The notes under the pieces are model-generated. The model was given only the letters and a program-made list of their open reading frames with translations. It made no database searches and was not told the origin of the DNA. Position numbers and translations under genes: made by a program. A stretch of DNA of 64,000 nt from Escherichia coli. Lineage in GTDB: Bacteria; Pseudomonadota; Gammaproteobacteria; Enterobacterales; Enterobacteriaceae. Shown here piece after piece: positions 19,051-27,861 of the stretch (its first letter is position 1; each line of letters opens with the position of its first letter). The stretch is taken from assembly GCF_022846255.1 (NCBI RefSeq), contig NZ_AP025682.1. One strand, 5' to 3'.

Positions 19051-20112
19051 ATGTCACAGAACTGGATGAGACATTTCGAGCTGCAGCTTGTGGACGGGAA
19101 CGGTCAGGGAATTGAGCTAAGTGATTTCAAAGTCACCTTTACGATCGACTGGTTCAACATCAGCAGCGCGTCCCGGGTAGGGACTATCAAAATTTATAAC
19201 CTTTCGGCAGATACTGTGAACCGAATTACCGGGCAGGAGTTTTCGAAAGTGCGTCTGATTGCGGGTTACGACGGTATCGCGCCGGAGGTGTCGGCAAGCG
19301 ACGTCGGGACAGTGCGGGAAGTTGACGCGGCGGACGTGGGCCAGAGTGATGGTCGCAACTACGGACTGATTTTCAGCGGTGAAATTCGCTACTCGGTCAC
19401 AGGAAAAGACAGTCCGGTTGATTCCTACGTCCTGATTCAGGCAGCAGATACTGATCTGGCTTTTGCCACCAGTATAACCTCACAGACGCTGGCTGCCGGT
19501 TACACGGTCGCTGATGTGAACCGTGCGCTGATGAAAGACTTCGAAGCCAAAGGTGTGACCGAAGGCCTGACGCCTGAAATGCCTGCTACTGTATTCCCCC
19601 GGGGGCGGGTGCTCTTTGGCATGACGCGGCATCTAATGGATAACGTAGCCGGGCAATGTGGCGCAACATGGCAATTCGTGGACGGTCAGCGCCAGATGGT
19701 GGCGACTAATGAATATGTTCACGAAGCGATTGTGCTCAACAGTGCTACCGGGCTTATTGGCATGCCGCAGCAGACCATCGGCAACGGCGTAAACGTCCGC
19801 GCTCTTATTAATCCGAACATCCGGGTTAACGGGCTCATTCAGCTGGATCAGGCTTCCGTCTATCGTACCGCGTTGTCGAACAACGATATTGCGATGGCTG
19901 GTGGTCAGATCACCGACCAGAACACGGACGGAAATATCACGCTCAGCGGCACCACATCGCAGCCTGCCAGCATCGCAACGGATGGAGTTTATATTGTGCG
20001 CGGGATTATGTACAGTGGCGATACAAGGGGCCAGGCGTGGTACATGGATATGATGTGCGAAGCGCGTGGCGCGGCGGATCTGTATACGCAATCGGCTTTG
20101 CAAAGGGGATGA
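19051..20112 (+). CDS. Putative baseplate hub protein (Mu gp44 / P2 gpD-like by position)
   Basis: 353 aa; directly upstream of baseplate spike, gp46-, J- and gp48-like genes. Confidence 0.4.
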   Translation: MSQNWMRHFELQLVDGNGQGIELSDFKVTFTIDWFNISSASRVGTIKIYNLSADTVNRITGQEFSKVRLIAGYDGIAPEVSASDVGTVREVDAADVGQSDGRNYGLIFSGEIRYSVTGKDSPVDSYVLIQAADTDLAFATSITSQTLAAGYTVADVNRALMKDFEAKGVTEGLTPEMPATVFPRGRVLFGMTRHLMDNVAGQCGATWQFVDGQRQMVATNEYVHEAIVLNSATGLIGMPQQTIGNGVNVRALINPNIRVNGLIQLDQASVYRTALSNNDIAMAGGQITDQNTDGNITLSGTTSQPASIATDGVYIVRGIMYSGDTRGQAWYMDMMCEARGAADLYTQSALQRG

Positions 20113-20115
20113 GCA

Positions 20116-20457
20116 ATGAGGGGTATTATTTTTCTGTTAGCTGTCTTTTCTGCGTGCAGCGCGTGGGCGGATGGCTTCACGGTTAAATGCGGTGGCTACA
20201 CTATGGTTGCAAACCAGGGCGAGTTATCGACAATCAACGGTGAAAGAGTTACCTCTCAAAAAATCACCGAACTGGGTACCAATGGTTTGAAAGTAGACAT
20301 GGGGCTTATGCCTGCCAAAGACGGTAACAACTACGGCTTTGAATACATTCGTCGCCCTGGTACCGAAACGCGATTCCTGAATGTCCAACTGCTGCAGAAC
20401 AGCATGGATGCGCCGAAAATCATCGGTTCCTTTCCATGCAAAAAGATTGTTGATTAA
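20116..20457 (+). CDS. Small exported protein (signal peptide; possible lipoprotein); moron inserted in the baseplate operon
   Basis: 113 aa; N-terminus MRGIIFLLAVFSACSAWADG (signal peptide; AWA-DG SPI site or FSAC lipobox-like); two later Cys; AGGGGA SD. Confidence 0.55.
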   Translation: MRGIIFLLAVFSACSAWADGFTVKCGGYTMVANQGELSTINGERVTSQKITELGTNGLKVDMGLMPAKDGNNYGFEYIRRPGTETRFLNVQLLQNSMDAPKIIGSFPCKKIVD

Positions 20458-20474
20458 TCACTCGTAATTATAAT
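20447..20474 (+). promoter_or_regulatory. Putative sigma70 promoter for the small membrane-protein gene
   Basis: -35 TTGTTG (20447-20452), 16-nt spacer, -10 TATAAT (20469-20474), about 36 nt upstream of the ATG at 20511. Confidence 0.4.
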
Positions 20475-20510
20475 GTGGTACTTCTACTTTCACGATAAGG
20501 AATTTGTCGC

Positions 20511-20750
20511 ATGTTCGGATTTGATAAATTAATAACTCCAAAAATCATCAACGTTCTGTATGGCATCACAATGTTACTTCTGGTTGTTGCCGCCATTATA
20601 ACGTTTGTTAATGGGAAGGCTGCTGGCGCTTTAGTGCTTTTGTTATGTGCTGTATTTTGCCGAATATTCTTTGAGTGCATCATGGTTTCATTTAAAAACA
20701 ATGAGTATCTTCGCCGAATAGCTGAAGCGTTAGAAGCAAACAAGCAGTAA
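20511..20750 (+). CDS. Small membrane protein (two predicted TM helices); moron
   Basis: 79 aa; two hydrophobic helices (ITMLLLVVAAIITFV, ALVLLLCAVFCRIFFECIMV); AAGGA SD; followed by a strong terminator. Confidence 0.55.
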   Translation: MFGFDKLITPKIINVLYGITMLLLVVAAIITFVNGKAAGALVLLLCAVFCRIFFECIMVSFKNNEYLRRIAEALEANKQ

Positions 20751-20768
20751 TGAAACTTCAATAATGAA

Positions 20769-20790
20769 CCCGCCACCCGGCGGGTTTTTT
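20769..20790 (+). terminator. Rho-independent terminator
   Basis: CCCGCC-ACCC-GGCGGG hairpin followed by T6. Confidence 0.6.
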
Positions 20791-20809
20791 GCTTTCTGGA
20801 GCCTACTAA

Positions 20810-21562
20810 ATGGCAGTATCTGACCAGACCCGCAGCGGCGACCTTGCCGAAACATTCAAATCTGAACGGGAAACAACAAAGAACCAGATCCGTGTCGCCT
20901 TGCCTGGCATTGTTCAGTCATTCGATCCCGACGCGGTGACGGCGGTTGTGCAGCCAGCTATCCGTTCGGTTGAAAAGGATAACGACGGTAACCGCATTAC
21001 CAAAAATTACCCGTTGCTGGTGGATGTGCCAGTGGTATTTCCGCGCGGCGGAGGCTGTACGTTGACTTTTCCGGTTAAAGCCGGGGATGAGTGTCTTGTC
21101 GTTTTTGCCGATCGTTGTATTGATTTCTGGTGGCAGAGCGGTGGGATACAGGAGCCGGTCGATGACAGAATGCATGATTTATCGGATGCGTTTTGTATTG
21201 CCGGTCCCCAGTCGCAGGCGAGGAAGATTAGCGGTATTAATACCAGTGCCACACAGTTGCGTAGTGACGACGGCAGCACCTATTTTGAGCTTAATCCTGA
21301 TACCCGGAAAATTAAAATTGTCGCCCCGGGTGGTCTTGATGTGGTTGCCCCTCTGGCTGATTTTTCTGAGAAAGTAACCATTCATGGCCTATTAACCTGG
21401 ATGGGGGGCATGGTGGGGTCTGTTGTTTCTGGTGTGGCTTCAAAAATCACTGGTGCTGTTGAGTTCTTGGGGAGCGTTAAGGCTAACGGCAAGCCAATCG
21501 ATGATACGCACACTCATGGCGGTGTTCAGCGCGGTGGAAGCAATACCGATGGGGTAAACTGA
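20810..21562 (+). CDS. Putative baseplate spike protein (gpV / Mu gp45-like)
   Basis: 250 aa; C-terminal THTHGG motif; position before gp46/J-like genes. Confidence 0.45.
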   Translation: MAVSDQTRSGDLAETFKSERETTKNQIRVALPGIVQSFDPDAVTAVVQPAIRSVEKDNDGNRITKNYPLLVDVPVVFPRGGGCTLTFPVKAGDECLVVFADRCIDFWWQSGGIQEPVDDRMHDLSDAFCIAGPQSQARKISGINTSATQLRSDDGSTYFELNPDTRKIKIVAPGGLDVVAPLADFSEKVTIHGLLTWMGGMVGSVVSGVASKITGAVEFLGSVKANGKPIDDTHTHGGVQRGGSNTDGVN

Positions 21563-21915
21563 TGCGATACAGACGTGAAGACGCCGATGGCGATTACACC
21601 TTTGGCAGCGGTGATGACACCTGGCTGATTAACTCACCGGAGGCCGTGGCGCAGGCGGTAAAAACGCGATTCGAATTGTGGTATGGGCAATGGTTTCTCG
21701 ACACCACCGAGGGGACTCCGTGGATCCAGTCCGTGCTGGGCAGGCAAAAACCGGAAACTTACAACCTGGCGATCAGAAAACGCATTCTGGAAACGCGGGG
21801 CGTTAAATCAATCCTCTCTTTCAATACGACGGTGGATACCACGACCCGACGTGTCATGTTTTCCGCTGAAATCGACACTCTCTATGGAATAACGACTGTT
21901 ACATCGGAGGCGTAA
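21562..21915 (+). CDS. Putative baseplate protein (Mu gp46 / gpW-like)
   Basis: 117 aa; ATGA-coupled to flanking baseplate genes. Confidence 0.4.
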   Translation: MRYRREDADGDYTFGSGDDTWLINSPEAVAQAVKTRFELWYGQWFLDTTEGTPWIQSVLGRQKPETYNLAIRKRILETRGVKSILSFNTTVDTTTRRVMFSAEIDTLYGITTVTSEA

Positions 21916-23114
21916 TGGCTCTGAACCTTGATTCTCTCGGTTTATCTGCAAAGGTAACCGCGGAGGGGATCAGTGCGCCTGATTATCAGACGATACTCAG
22001 CACCCTGATTAGCTATTTTCAGCAGATTTATGGCAGTGATGCCTACCTCGAACCGGACAGCAAAGACGGCCAGATGGTGGCTCTGACGGCGCTGGCGATT
22101 CATGATGCCAATAATATGGCGATAACTGTCTACAACTGTTTTTCACCGGCAACCGGCTATGGGGCTGCACTGACCAGTAACGTGAAAATAAATGGTATTT
22201 CACGTAAAGGCGCGACGAACTCTACGGTTGATTTGCTTCTTACAGGAACTGCCGGAACAACCATCATTAATGGCAGCGTGAAAGACAGTAATAATGTGAT
22301 ATGGCGTTTGCCTGCTTCAGTGGTGGTCGGCGTGGATGGTACAGTGATGGCGACCGCAACATGTTCCGTCAGTGGTGCAGTGGCGGCGCTGGCTGGAACT
22401 ATCACTGAAATTAATACGCCAACCCGTGGCTGGGTTTCGGTAACTAATCCTGCTGCGGCTACTGTTGGCTCTCCGGCAGAAACTGATGCTGAGTTACGTA
22501 TCCGCCAGTCGCAAAGTGTTGCGTTGCCATCAATAACCCCATTTGAAGCACTGGATGGTGCTGTTTCTAATGTTACCGGTGTAACCCGCCACAAACTCTA
22601 TGAAAACGATACTGGTTCGGAGGACGGTAACGGGTTACCGCCACACTCTGTTGCTGTAATTGTGGATGGCGGTGATGTGACGGATATTGCTCAGGCTATC
22701 AGAGGGAATAAAGGCCAGGGGACAGCCACTCACGGTACAACATCCGTTACGGTTCCGGATAAATACGGCAATCCCCATGTAATCAAATTCTCGCGTTCCA
22801 GTGATGTGCCTGTTTATGCCCGGATTAAATTAAAAGTTTTTACGGGTTATACCTCACAGATAGGGCAGCAGATCCAGCAGGCTATTTCCGACTATATCAA
22901 TAGTTTGACGATTGGTGATTCGGTCCTTTTAAGTCGCATTTACTCACCGGCGAATCTTGGCGTGGTGAGTGGCGGGAATGCACGCTATTACGATATTCAG
23001 GAACTGACGATTGGGAAATCCCCGGGGGCTTTGTCGTCATCAAACATTGATATCAGATACAACGAATCTGCGTCCTGTACCCCGGAAAATATCGTTATAA
23101 CGGTGGAGTCATGA
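21915..23114 (+). CDS. Putative baseplate J-like protein (Mu gp47-like)
   Basis: 399 aa; position and size in Mu-like baseplate order. Confidence 0.5.
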   Translation: MALNLDSLGLSAKVTAEGISAPDYQTILSTLISYFQQIYGSDAYLEPDSKDGQMVALTALAIHDANNMAITVYNCFSPATGYGAALTSNVKINGISRKGATNSTVDLLLTGTAGTTIINGSVKDSNNVIWRLPASVVVGVDGTVMATATCSVSGAVAALAGTITEINTPTRGWVSVTNPAAATVGSPAETDAELRIRQSQSVALPSITPFEALDGAVSNVTGVTRHKLYENDTGSEDGNGLPPHSVAVIVDGGDVTDIAQAIRGNKGQGTATHGTTSVTVPDKYGNPHVIKFSRSSDVPVYARIKLKVFTGYTSQIGQQIQQAISDYINSLTIGDSVLLSRIYSPANLGVVSGGNARYYDIQELTIGKSPGALSSSNIDIRYNESASCTPENIVITVES

Positions 23115-23791
23115 GCAAATACACCGAACTAATCACGAACTACCACGCCACCAAACCTAAATTTCTTGCGCATGTTGATCTGATGACCCGGCCGCTTATT
23201 GATGCTGCGGCGGCCACCAGAGGGCTGATTACTGCATTTGATATTGACTCTGCGGTTGGTGTGCAACTTGACATTCTGGGATTGTGGATCGGACGTAGCC
23301 GTGTTGTCAGCCAGCCTATCTCAGGTGTCTATTTCAGCTGGGATACCGACGGGCTTGGATATGATCAGGGGGTATGGCAGGGACCATACGATCCTGATTC
23401 CGGATACATGTACCTCAGCGATGAAACTTATCGTGTCATTCTTAAAGCGAAGATTGCGATTAATAACTGGGATGGACGGAATGATTCGCTTCCGGCAATT
23501 CTTGACGCTGCAACAGCAGGATCCGGGCTGCGAATGCAGATAGTCGATAACCAGGACATGACGATATCGGTCTGGGTCTTTCCTGATACTGATATTTCAG
23601 ATGTATCGCGTGAGTTAATTGCGGCAATTAAACAGGGGTATCTCACAGTAAAAGCCGCCGGGGTATGGGCGGGTGGCATTGAAACACCTTCGGTGGAAAC
23701 CCCATCGGAAGGCTCAAAATTTTTTGGTTTTGATATGGATAACGAATTCATCAGTGGTTTTGATGTAGGAGCATGGGGAGTATTACTCTGA
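23111..23791 (+). CDS. Putative tail protein (Mu gp48-like), immediately upstream of tail fibre
   Basis: 226 aa; ATGA overlap with the tail-fibre start. Confidence 0.45.
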   Translation: MSKYTELITNYHATKPKFLAHVDLMTRPLIDAAAATRGLITAFDIDSAVGVQLDILGLWIGRSRVVSQPISGVYFSWDTDGLGYDQGVWQGPYDPDSGYMYLSDETYRVILKAKIAINNWDGRNDSLPAILDAATAGSGLRMQIVDNQDMTISVWVFPDTDISDVSRELIAAIKQGYLTVKAAGVWAGGIETPSVETPSEGSKFFGFDMDNEFISGFDVGAWGVLL

Positions 23792-24609
23792 TGGCGAAAA
23801 ATGACTTTAAAGCGTTTGCAACGGATCGAAATGCCAATGTTATATCGCAGGAGGAATGGGAAGCGTTGCCCGCGCTTGTATCCGGATTTACAGCAGGGAA
23901 AGCCTCCAGTGCGCAAGTCAATAAGGTTATTCGGCAGGCCAGCTTTATTGCTGCAGCTCTGGCCCAGTTTGTAAGTGATAAAACGCAACGGGATGTGCTT
24001 GATAATGGTGATCTGCCCGGTTTTGTTGAATTGCTGGGATCGGGGTTTGCTGTTGAATACCTGAGCCGCAAGAATCCGTTTGGTGATATCAAATCGGATG
24101 GCACGGTGAAAACGGCTCTCGAAAACCTTGGTTTGGGAGAAGGCTCTGCATTACCTGTTGGTGTGCCTGTTCCGTGGCCCTCCGCAACCCCGCCAACGGG
24201 CTGGCTGAAATGCAACGGCGCTGCCTTTGATAAGGTGAAATATTCCCATCTTGCTACAGCATATCCATCAGGGAAACTACCTGATCTCCGTGGTGAGTTT
24301 ATTCGTGGATGGGATGACGGGCGTGGTATTGATGCAGGACGTGCTTTATTGAGCATTCAGACTGGGATGCTGGAAAAACACCGCCATATTGTTGTTGCCA
24401 ACGATGGGTATGATTCAAAAGAGGAATGGGAACTGGCGACAATCTTCAGAAGAGCATATACGCAAGGCCGGGGGCTTGATGCTGCCGATGCCGGAGGAAC
24501 TCTGATTCCATCACCAACGCTACATACACGAGGGAGTATTGGTAACACAGGTGGGAGCGAAACCCGTCCACGAAATATTGCATTTAACTATATCGTGAGA
24601 GCTGCATAA
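23791..24609 (+). CDS. Tail fibre protein: constant N-terminal part fused to variable C-terminus in the current orientation of the invertible segment
   Basis: C-terminal collar-like motif [16 protein letters not shown]; gene spans the left crossover site at 24116-24141; likely start ATG 23791 (the ORF track's ATG 23773 is in frame). Confidence 0.7.
   Translation: MAKNDFKAFATDRNANVISQEEWEALPALVSGFTAGKASSAQVNKVIRQASFIAAALAQFVSDKTQRDVLDNGDLPGFVELLGSGFAVEYLSRKNPFGDIKSDGTVKTALENLGLGEGSALPVGVPVPWPSATPPTGWLKCNGAAFDKVKYSHLATAYPSGKLPDLRGEFIRGWDDGRGIDAGRALLSIQTGMLEKHRHIVVANDGYDSKEEWELATIFRRAYTQGRGLDAADAGGTLIPSPTLHTRGSIGNTGGSETRPRNIAFNYIVRAA
24116..24141. repeat. Left crossover site of the invertible segment (hix/gix-like 26-bp site)
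   Basis: CTCTCGAAAACC-TT-GGTTTGGGAGAA; its inner half-site is a perfect inverted repeat of 26069-26080. Confidence 0.65.
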
Positions 24610-25211
24610 TGGATAAAGCCGTATTAAATAGCGAACTTATTGCCACGAAGGCGGGGAATATTACCGTCTATAACTATGATGGTGAAACACGGGAATATAT
24701 TTCCACTTCAAATGAATATCTTGCCGTTGGTGTCGGTATCCCGGCATATTCCTGTTTAGATGCTCCTGGCACATATAAGGCTGGTTATGCAATCTGCCGT
24801 TCAGTAGATTTAAACTCATGGGAATATATGCCAGACCATCGCGGTGAAATTATCTATAGCACCGAAACAGGAGAAGCAAAAGAAATCACAGCTCCGGGTG
24901 ATTACCCTGAAAATACAACCACTATCGTCCCGTTAACGCCATATGATAAATGGGATGGTGAGAAATGGGTGACAGATTCTGAGGCACAACACGGTGCCGC
25001 AGTAGAAGCGGCAGAAGCACAGCGCCAGTCACTGATTGATGCAGCAATGGCTTCCATCGGTCTGATTCAGCTGAAATTACAGGCCGGACGGAAGCTGATG
25101 CAGGCAGAAACAACCCGGCTTAACGCTGTGCTGGATTACATTGACGCGGTGACGGCAACAAATACCAGCACAGCGCCGGATGTCATCTGGCCTGAACTGC
25201 CGGAGGCGTAG
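24609..25211 (+). CDS. Tail fibre assembly protein (U-like)
   Basis: 200 aa; ATGA-coupled to tail-fibre stop. Confidence 0.7.
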   Translation: MDKAVLNSELIATKAGNITVYNYDGETREYISTSNEYLAVGVGIPAYSCLDAPGTYKAGYAICRSVDLNSWEYMPDHRGEIIYSTETGEAKEITAPGDYPENTTTIVPLTPYDKWDGEKWVTDSEAQHGAAVEAAEAQRQSLIDAAMASIGLIQLKLQAGRKLMQAETTRLNAVLDYIDAVTATNTSTAPDVIWPELPEA

Positions 25212-25626
25212 GCCATTCAATATCTGGCGCACAGGAAGTATCGACCAGTTCCAGTGCGTCCAGATAATCCAGCCATAAATTATATTGCTCCAGCTCGTTA
25301 CCTTTCAGACGACCAATAGCAGCTTTGCCAGGCCACTGATGGGTATTGATGTAAGTATTGGCTTCTGAAACCAAAGATATTTTTTTCATTTCAGCCATCA
25401 ACACCTCATCCTCTTTTGAAGGCGGTGGGGAATTAATCCATATTGGCCGTCCTGAACTGTCAGCGCCAATTTCTTTCCCTTCTGGATGCAGCCCAAGAAA
25501 TTGCTCATATGTTTCTCGGGTAATTTCAATAACATCATCTGGAAGCGTTCCCGCATCCTCATATTCTGGAAACAATTCTTGTAGATAAAAACTTTTACTT
25601 CCGGGTGAAAAGAATACTGAGTTCAT
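25183..25626 (-). CDS. Alternative tail fibre assembly protein (U'-like)
   Basis: 147 aa on the opposite strand inside the invertible segment; 3' end converges with tfa. Confidence 0.65.
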   Translation of the reverse strand: MNSVFFSPGSKSFYLQELFPEYEDAGTLPDDVIEITRETYEQFLGLHPEGKEIGADSSGRPIWINSPPPSKEDEVLMAEMKKISLVSEANTYINTHQWPGKAAIGRLKGNELEQYNLWLDYLDALELVDTSCAPDIEWPTPPAVQAR

Positions 25627-25628
25627 TA

Positions 25629-26080
25629 TTACCGTCCAATGATTAACGCTGAGACGCTGGTATCTGAAGGAAAGGCTGCATTCAGTGGTTTGTCGACTTT
25701 GAACACAATCGTATTATTCCCCCTGACAGCGGCAAAAGAACAAACCGCAGTCGCGTATGAACCTGTAATATTACTGGATACACCACCATAAGCTGTTGTT
25801 GATACCAGAGGGATAACGCCCAGCACCTTATTAGGAAATACAAAGGGCAATGTGGCTGTGGCAATATAAGACTTATTAGAGCCTGTGATGGCATAAGCAT
25901 TATCAGTCATTCCATTCATCGCCACCGGGCCGCTTATACTTACAGTAACCATCTGAATGATTAGCCCGTCAGGTTGACGAATCACAAAATTTCCATTGCC
26001 ACCAGTAACCGTCCAGAAAGACATATCAGGGATTTGGTTTTCCCCGTTGCCCACATTCCGTTTTGCCGCTTCTCCCAAAC
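25629..26080 (-). CDS. Alternative tail-fibre variable C-terminal segment (Sv'-like); no own start, expressed only after inversion
   Basis: Open frame runs from the right crossover site; encodes GLGE at the site, matching LGLGE at the left site in the expressed fibre. The ORF-track start at 26123 lies outside the segment. Confidence 0.6.
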
Positions 26081-26094
26081 CAACGTTTATGAAA
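26069..26094. repeat. Right crossover site of the invertible segment
   Basis: TTCTCCCAAACC-AA-CGTTTATGAAAA. Confidence 0.65.
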
Positions 26095-26149
26095 ATGCAG
26101 AAATAACGAGCAAATGGCATCATTCCTGCTTTTGTCAGGGAGATCTACC

Positions 26150-26704
26150 ATGCTTATTGGCTATGTACGCGTATCAACAAATGACCAGAATACCGATCTA
26201 CAACGTAATGCGTTGAACTGTGCAGGATGCGAGCTGATTTTTGAAGACAAGATAAGCGGTACAAAGTCCGAAAGGCCGGGACTGAAAAAACTGCTCAGGA
26301 CATTATCGGCAGGTGACACTCTGGTTGTCTGGAAGCTGGATCGGCTGGGGCGTAGTATGCGGCATCTGGTCATTCTGGTTGAGGAGTTGCGCGAACGTGG
26401 CGTTAATTTTCGCAGCCTGACGGATGCTATTGATACCAGCACACCGATGGGGCGTTTTTTCTTTCATGTGATGGGGGCCCTGGCTGAAATGGAACGAGAA
26501 CTGATTGTTGAACGAACAAAAGCTGGACTGGAAGCTGCTCGCGCACAGGGACGAATTGGTGGACGTCGTCCCAAACTTACACCAGAACAATGGGCGCAGG
26601 CCGGGCGACTAATTGCATCAGGAGTTCCTCGCCAGAAGGTGGCGATCATTTATGATGTTGGCGTATCGACTTTGTATAAGAAGTTTCCGGTCGGAGATAA
26701 ATGA
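26150..26704 (+). CDS. pin: Serine-recombinase DNA invertase (Pin/Gin/Hin family)
   Basis: 184 aa from MLIGYVRVSTNDQNTDLQRNAL; catalytic Ser in VRVSTNDQ; C-terminal HTH; AGGGAG SD; adjacent to the invertible segment. Confidence 0.85.
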   Translation: MLIGYVRVSTNDQNTDLQRNALNCAGCELIFEDKISGTKSERPGLKKLLRTLSAGDTLVVWKLDRLGRSMRHLVILVEELRERGVNFRSLTDAIDTSTPMGRFFFHVMGALAEMERELIVERTKAGLEAARAQGRIGGRRPKLTPEQWAQAGRLIASGVPRQKVAIIYDVGVSTLYKKFPVGDK

Positions 26705-26784
26705 AACCGTAGCACGTCGTATGCAAGAACGTGCCACGGCTGGCTGATAAGCTTGTAAAAATATTGAACAGGGAGTGGAGCATT

Positions 26785-27432
26785 CTATGAAGCTAATTTG
26801 TTTAATTTCATTTGTAGTGACTTTACTTCTTGGTCGATAATGTCGAATCCCTTATTGACAGCATCTCTTAGCTCTGCATCAATATTTTTTATCCCTTGAG
26901 CATAATCTACCATTACATTTATTTTTGCATCATGTAATCTCTTATACATGGTTTTATCTTTGTTATTGTCTGCCATGCCAATAAGGATTTTTTCATAATC
27001 CTCAATGAGTTTGTTGTTTCCTTTAAATGATTGTATTAATGAGCGTGAATATGTGTATATGTTAATTATTGAGTCTCTAGCAGAATCATTTAGTTTTGCA
27101 ATGACATTCGCATTTTGCTCATAGAATGTGAAATTATCATCCCCTACAGGGAATGTGAGAATCAACATTTGTCCCGGTTTTATATTATCAATGTGTGTTT
27201 TCATCCTTTTATTATATAAATTGATTAGGGTGAAAACTTCTCCCTTAACTCCTTTTAATACTGAAAGTTGTAATTCAAGGGATTCTCTTTCTGTCTCTAC
27301 TTTAGACAGCTTAGCTTGTTGGGTAACTCCTTTTAGGGTAAACCATCCGCCAATAAGAGTACCAACTAGAGCTGTGAGGGAGGAGGATAACCATCCAGGT
27401 ATGCTATTTAAAAGATTACTAAATTCACTCAT
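26785..27432 (-). CDS. Hypothetical membrane-anchored protein (N-terminal TM helix plus charged helical region); cargo gene
   Basis: 215 aa; hydrophobic segment WLSSSLTALVGTLIGGWFTL then K/E-rich region; AT-rich composition unlike flanking DNA. Confidence 0.5.
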   Translation of the reverse strand: MSEFSNLLNSIPGWLSSSLTALVGTLIGGWFTLKGVTQQAKLSKVETERESLELQLSVLKGVKGEVFTLINLYNKRMKTHIDNIKPGQMLILTFPVGDDNFTFYEQNANVIAKLNDSARDSIINIYTYSRSLIQSFKGNNKLIEDYEKILIGMADNNKDKTMYKRLHDAKINVMVDYAQGIKNIDAELRDAVNKGFDIIDQEVKSLQMKLNKLAS

Positions 27433-27490
27433 TATAAGTACTCGCTAATATTGAACGATATATATATCAAATTATTATAAAACTCGTCAG

Positions 27491-27769
27491 CTACTGGAGC
27501 AGGCTACCTGAACTTCGATCTATTCCTGCATCCATATAGTTGATGGTCTTCTGGAGCTCTTCGATTAGGGCAACAGCTTTTGCTCGAGAAATGCATATTA
27601 GTTGATCCGGAAATTCTTGTAAGGGCCAGTTTGGTATACAGGCCATGTTATCAGTGAAGGATGCAGACAAGTAAACTTCATTGGTAACCAGAGAATAGCT
27701 TACCTCAAAATTGGTGAGTTCCGGCAAACTGCTAACGTTTGACTCTTTTCTGCGCATAATATTATCCAT
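27491..27769 (-). CDS. Hypothetical small protein (cargo gene; start uncertain, ORF could extend to 27919)
   Basis: 92 aa from MDNIMRRKE; the longer 142-aa frame includes a PPP stretch encoded by a C10/G10 tract; no strong SD at either start. Confidence 0.35.
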   Translation of the reverse strand: MDNIMRRKESNVSSLPELTNFEVSYSLVTNEVYLSASFTDNMACIPNWPLQEFPDQLICISRAKAVALIEELQKTINYMDAGIDRSSGSLLQ

Positions 27770-27851
27770 GACTGTAATTATGTACAGGTGATGGTCTTCA
27801 ATTTCGAAGAGGGAGTCAAGGGGGAGTCTCAAATGAACCGTTATAGAAAAA

Positions 27852-27861
27852 GGGGGGGGGG
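27852..27861. repeat. Homopolymeric tract G10 (C10 on the coding strand of the cargo gene)
   Basis: Ten consecutive G at 27852-27861. Confidence 0.9.

Larger units (their letters stand above)
24130..26080. mobile_element. Invertible DNA segment (Mu G / e14 P-segment-like) carrying alternative tail-fibre C-termini and assembly genes
   Basis: Bounded by inverted 26-bp sites; contains Sv-tfa on + and tfa'-Sv' on -, with a Pin-type invertase gene immediately outside. Confidence 0.7.

Noticed and set aside
20116-20457. Exported 113-aa protein as a tail structural component
   Set aside because: A cleavable signal peptide is atypical for virion baseplate proteins assembled in the cytoplasm; treated as a moron, though this is unproven.
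23428-24356. Minus-strand ORFs (186 and 201 aa) across the gp48-like and tail-fibre genes
   Set aside because: Antisense to tightly coupled tail genes; they end outside the invertible segment, so they are not the alternative fibre.
26150-26704. Serine recombinase as the prophage integrase
   Set aside because: Only 184 aa with catalytic domain plus short HTH (Pin/Gin/Hin invertase architecture) and adjacent hix-like inverted sites; large serine integrases are about 450-600 aa.
27128-27448. 106-aa plus-strand ORF within the cargo region
   Set aside because: Antisense to the better-supported 215-aa minus-strand gene; AT-rich DNA yields chance ORFs.
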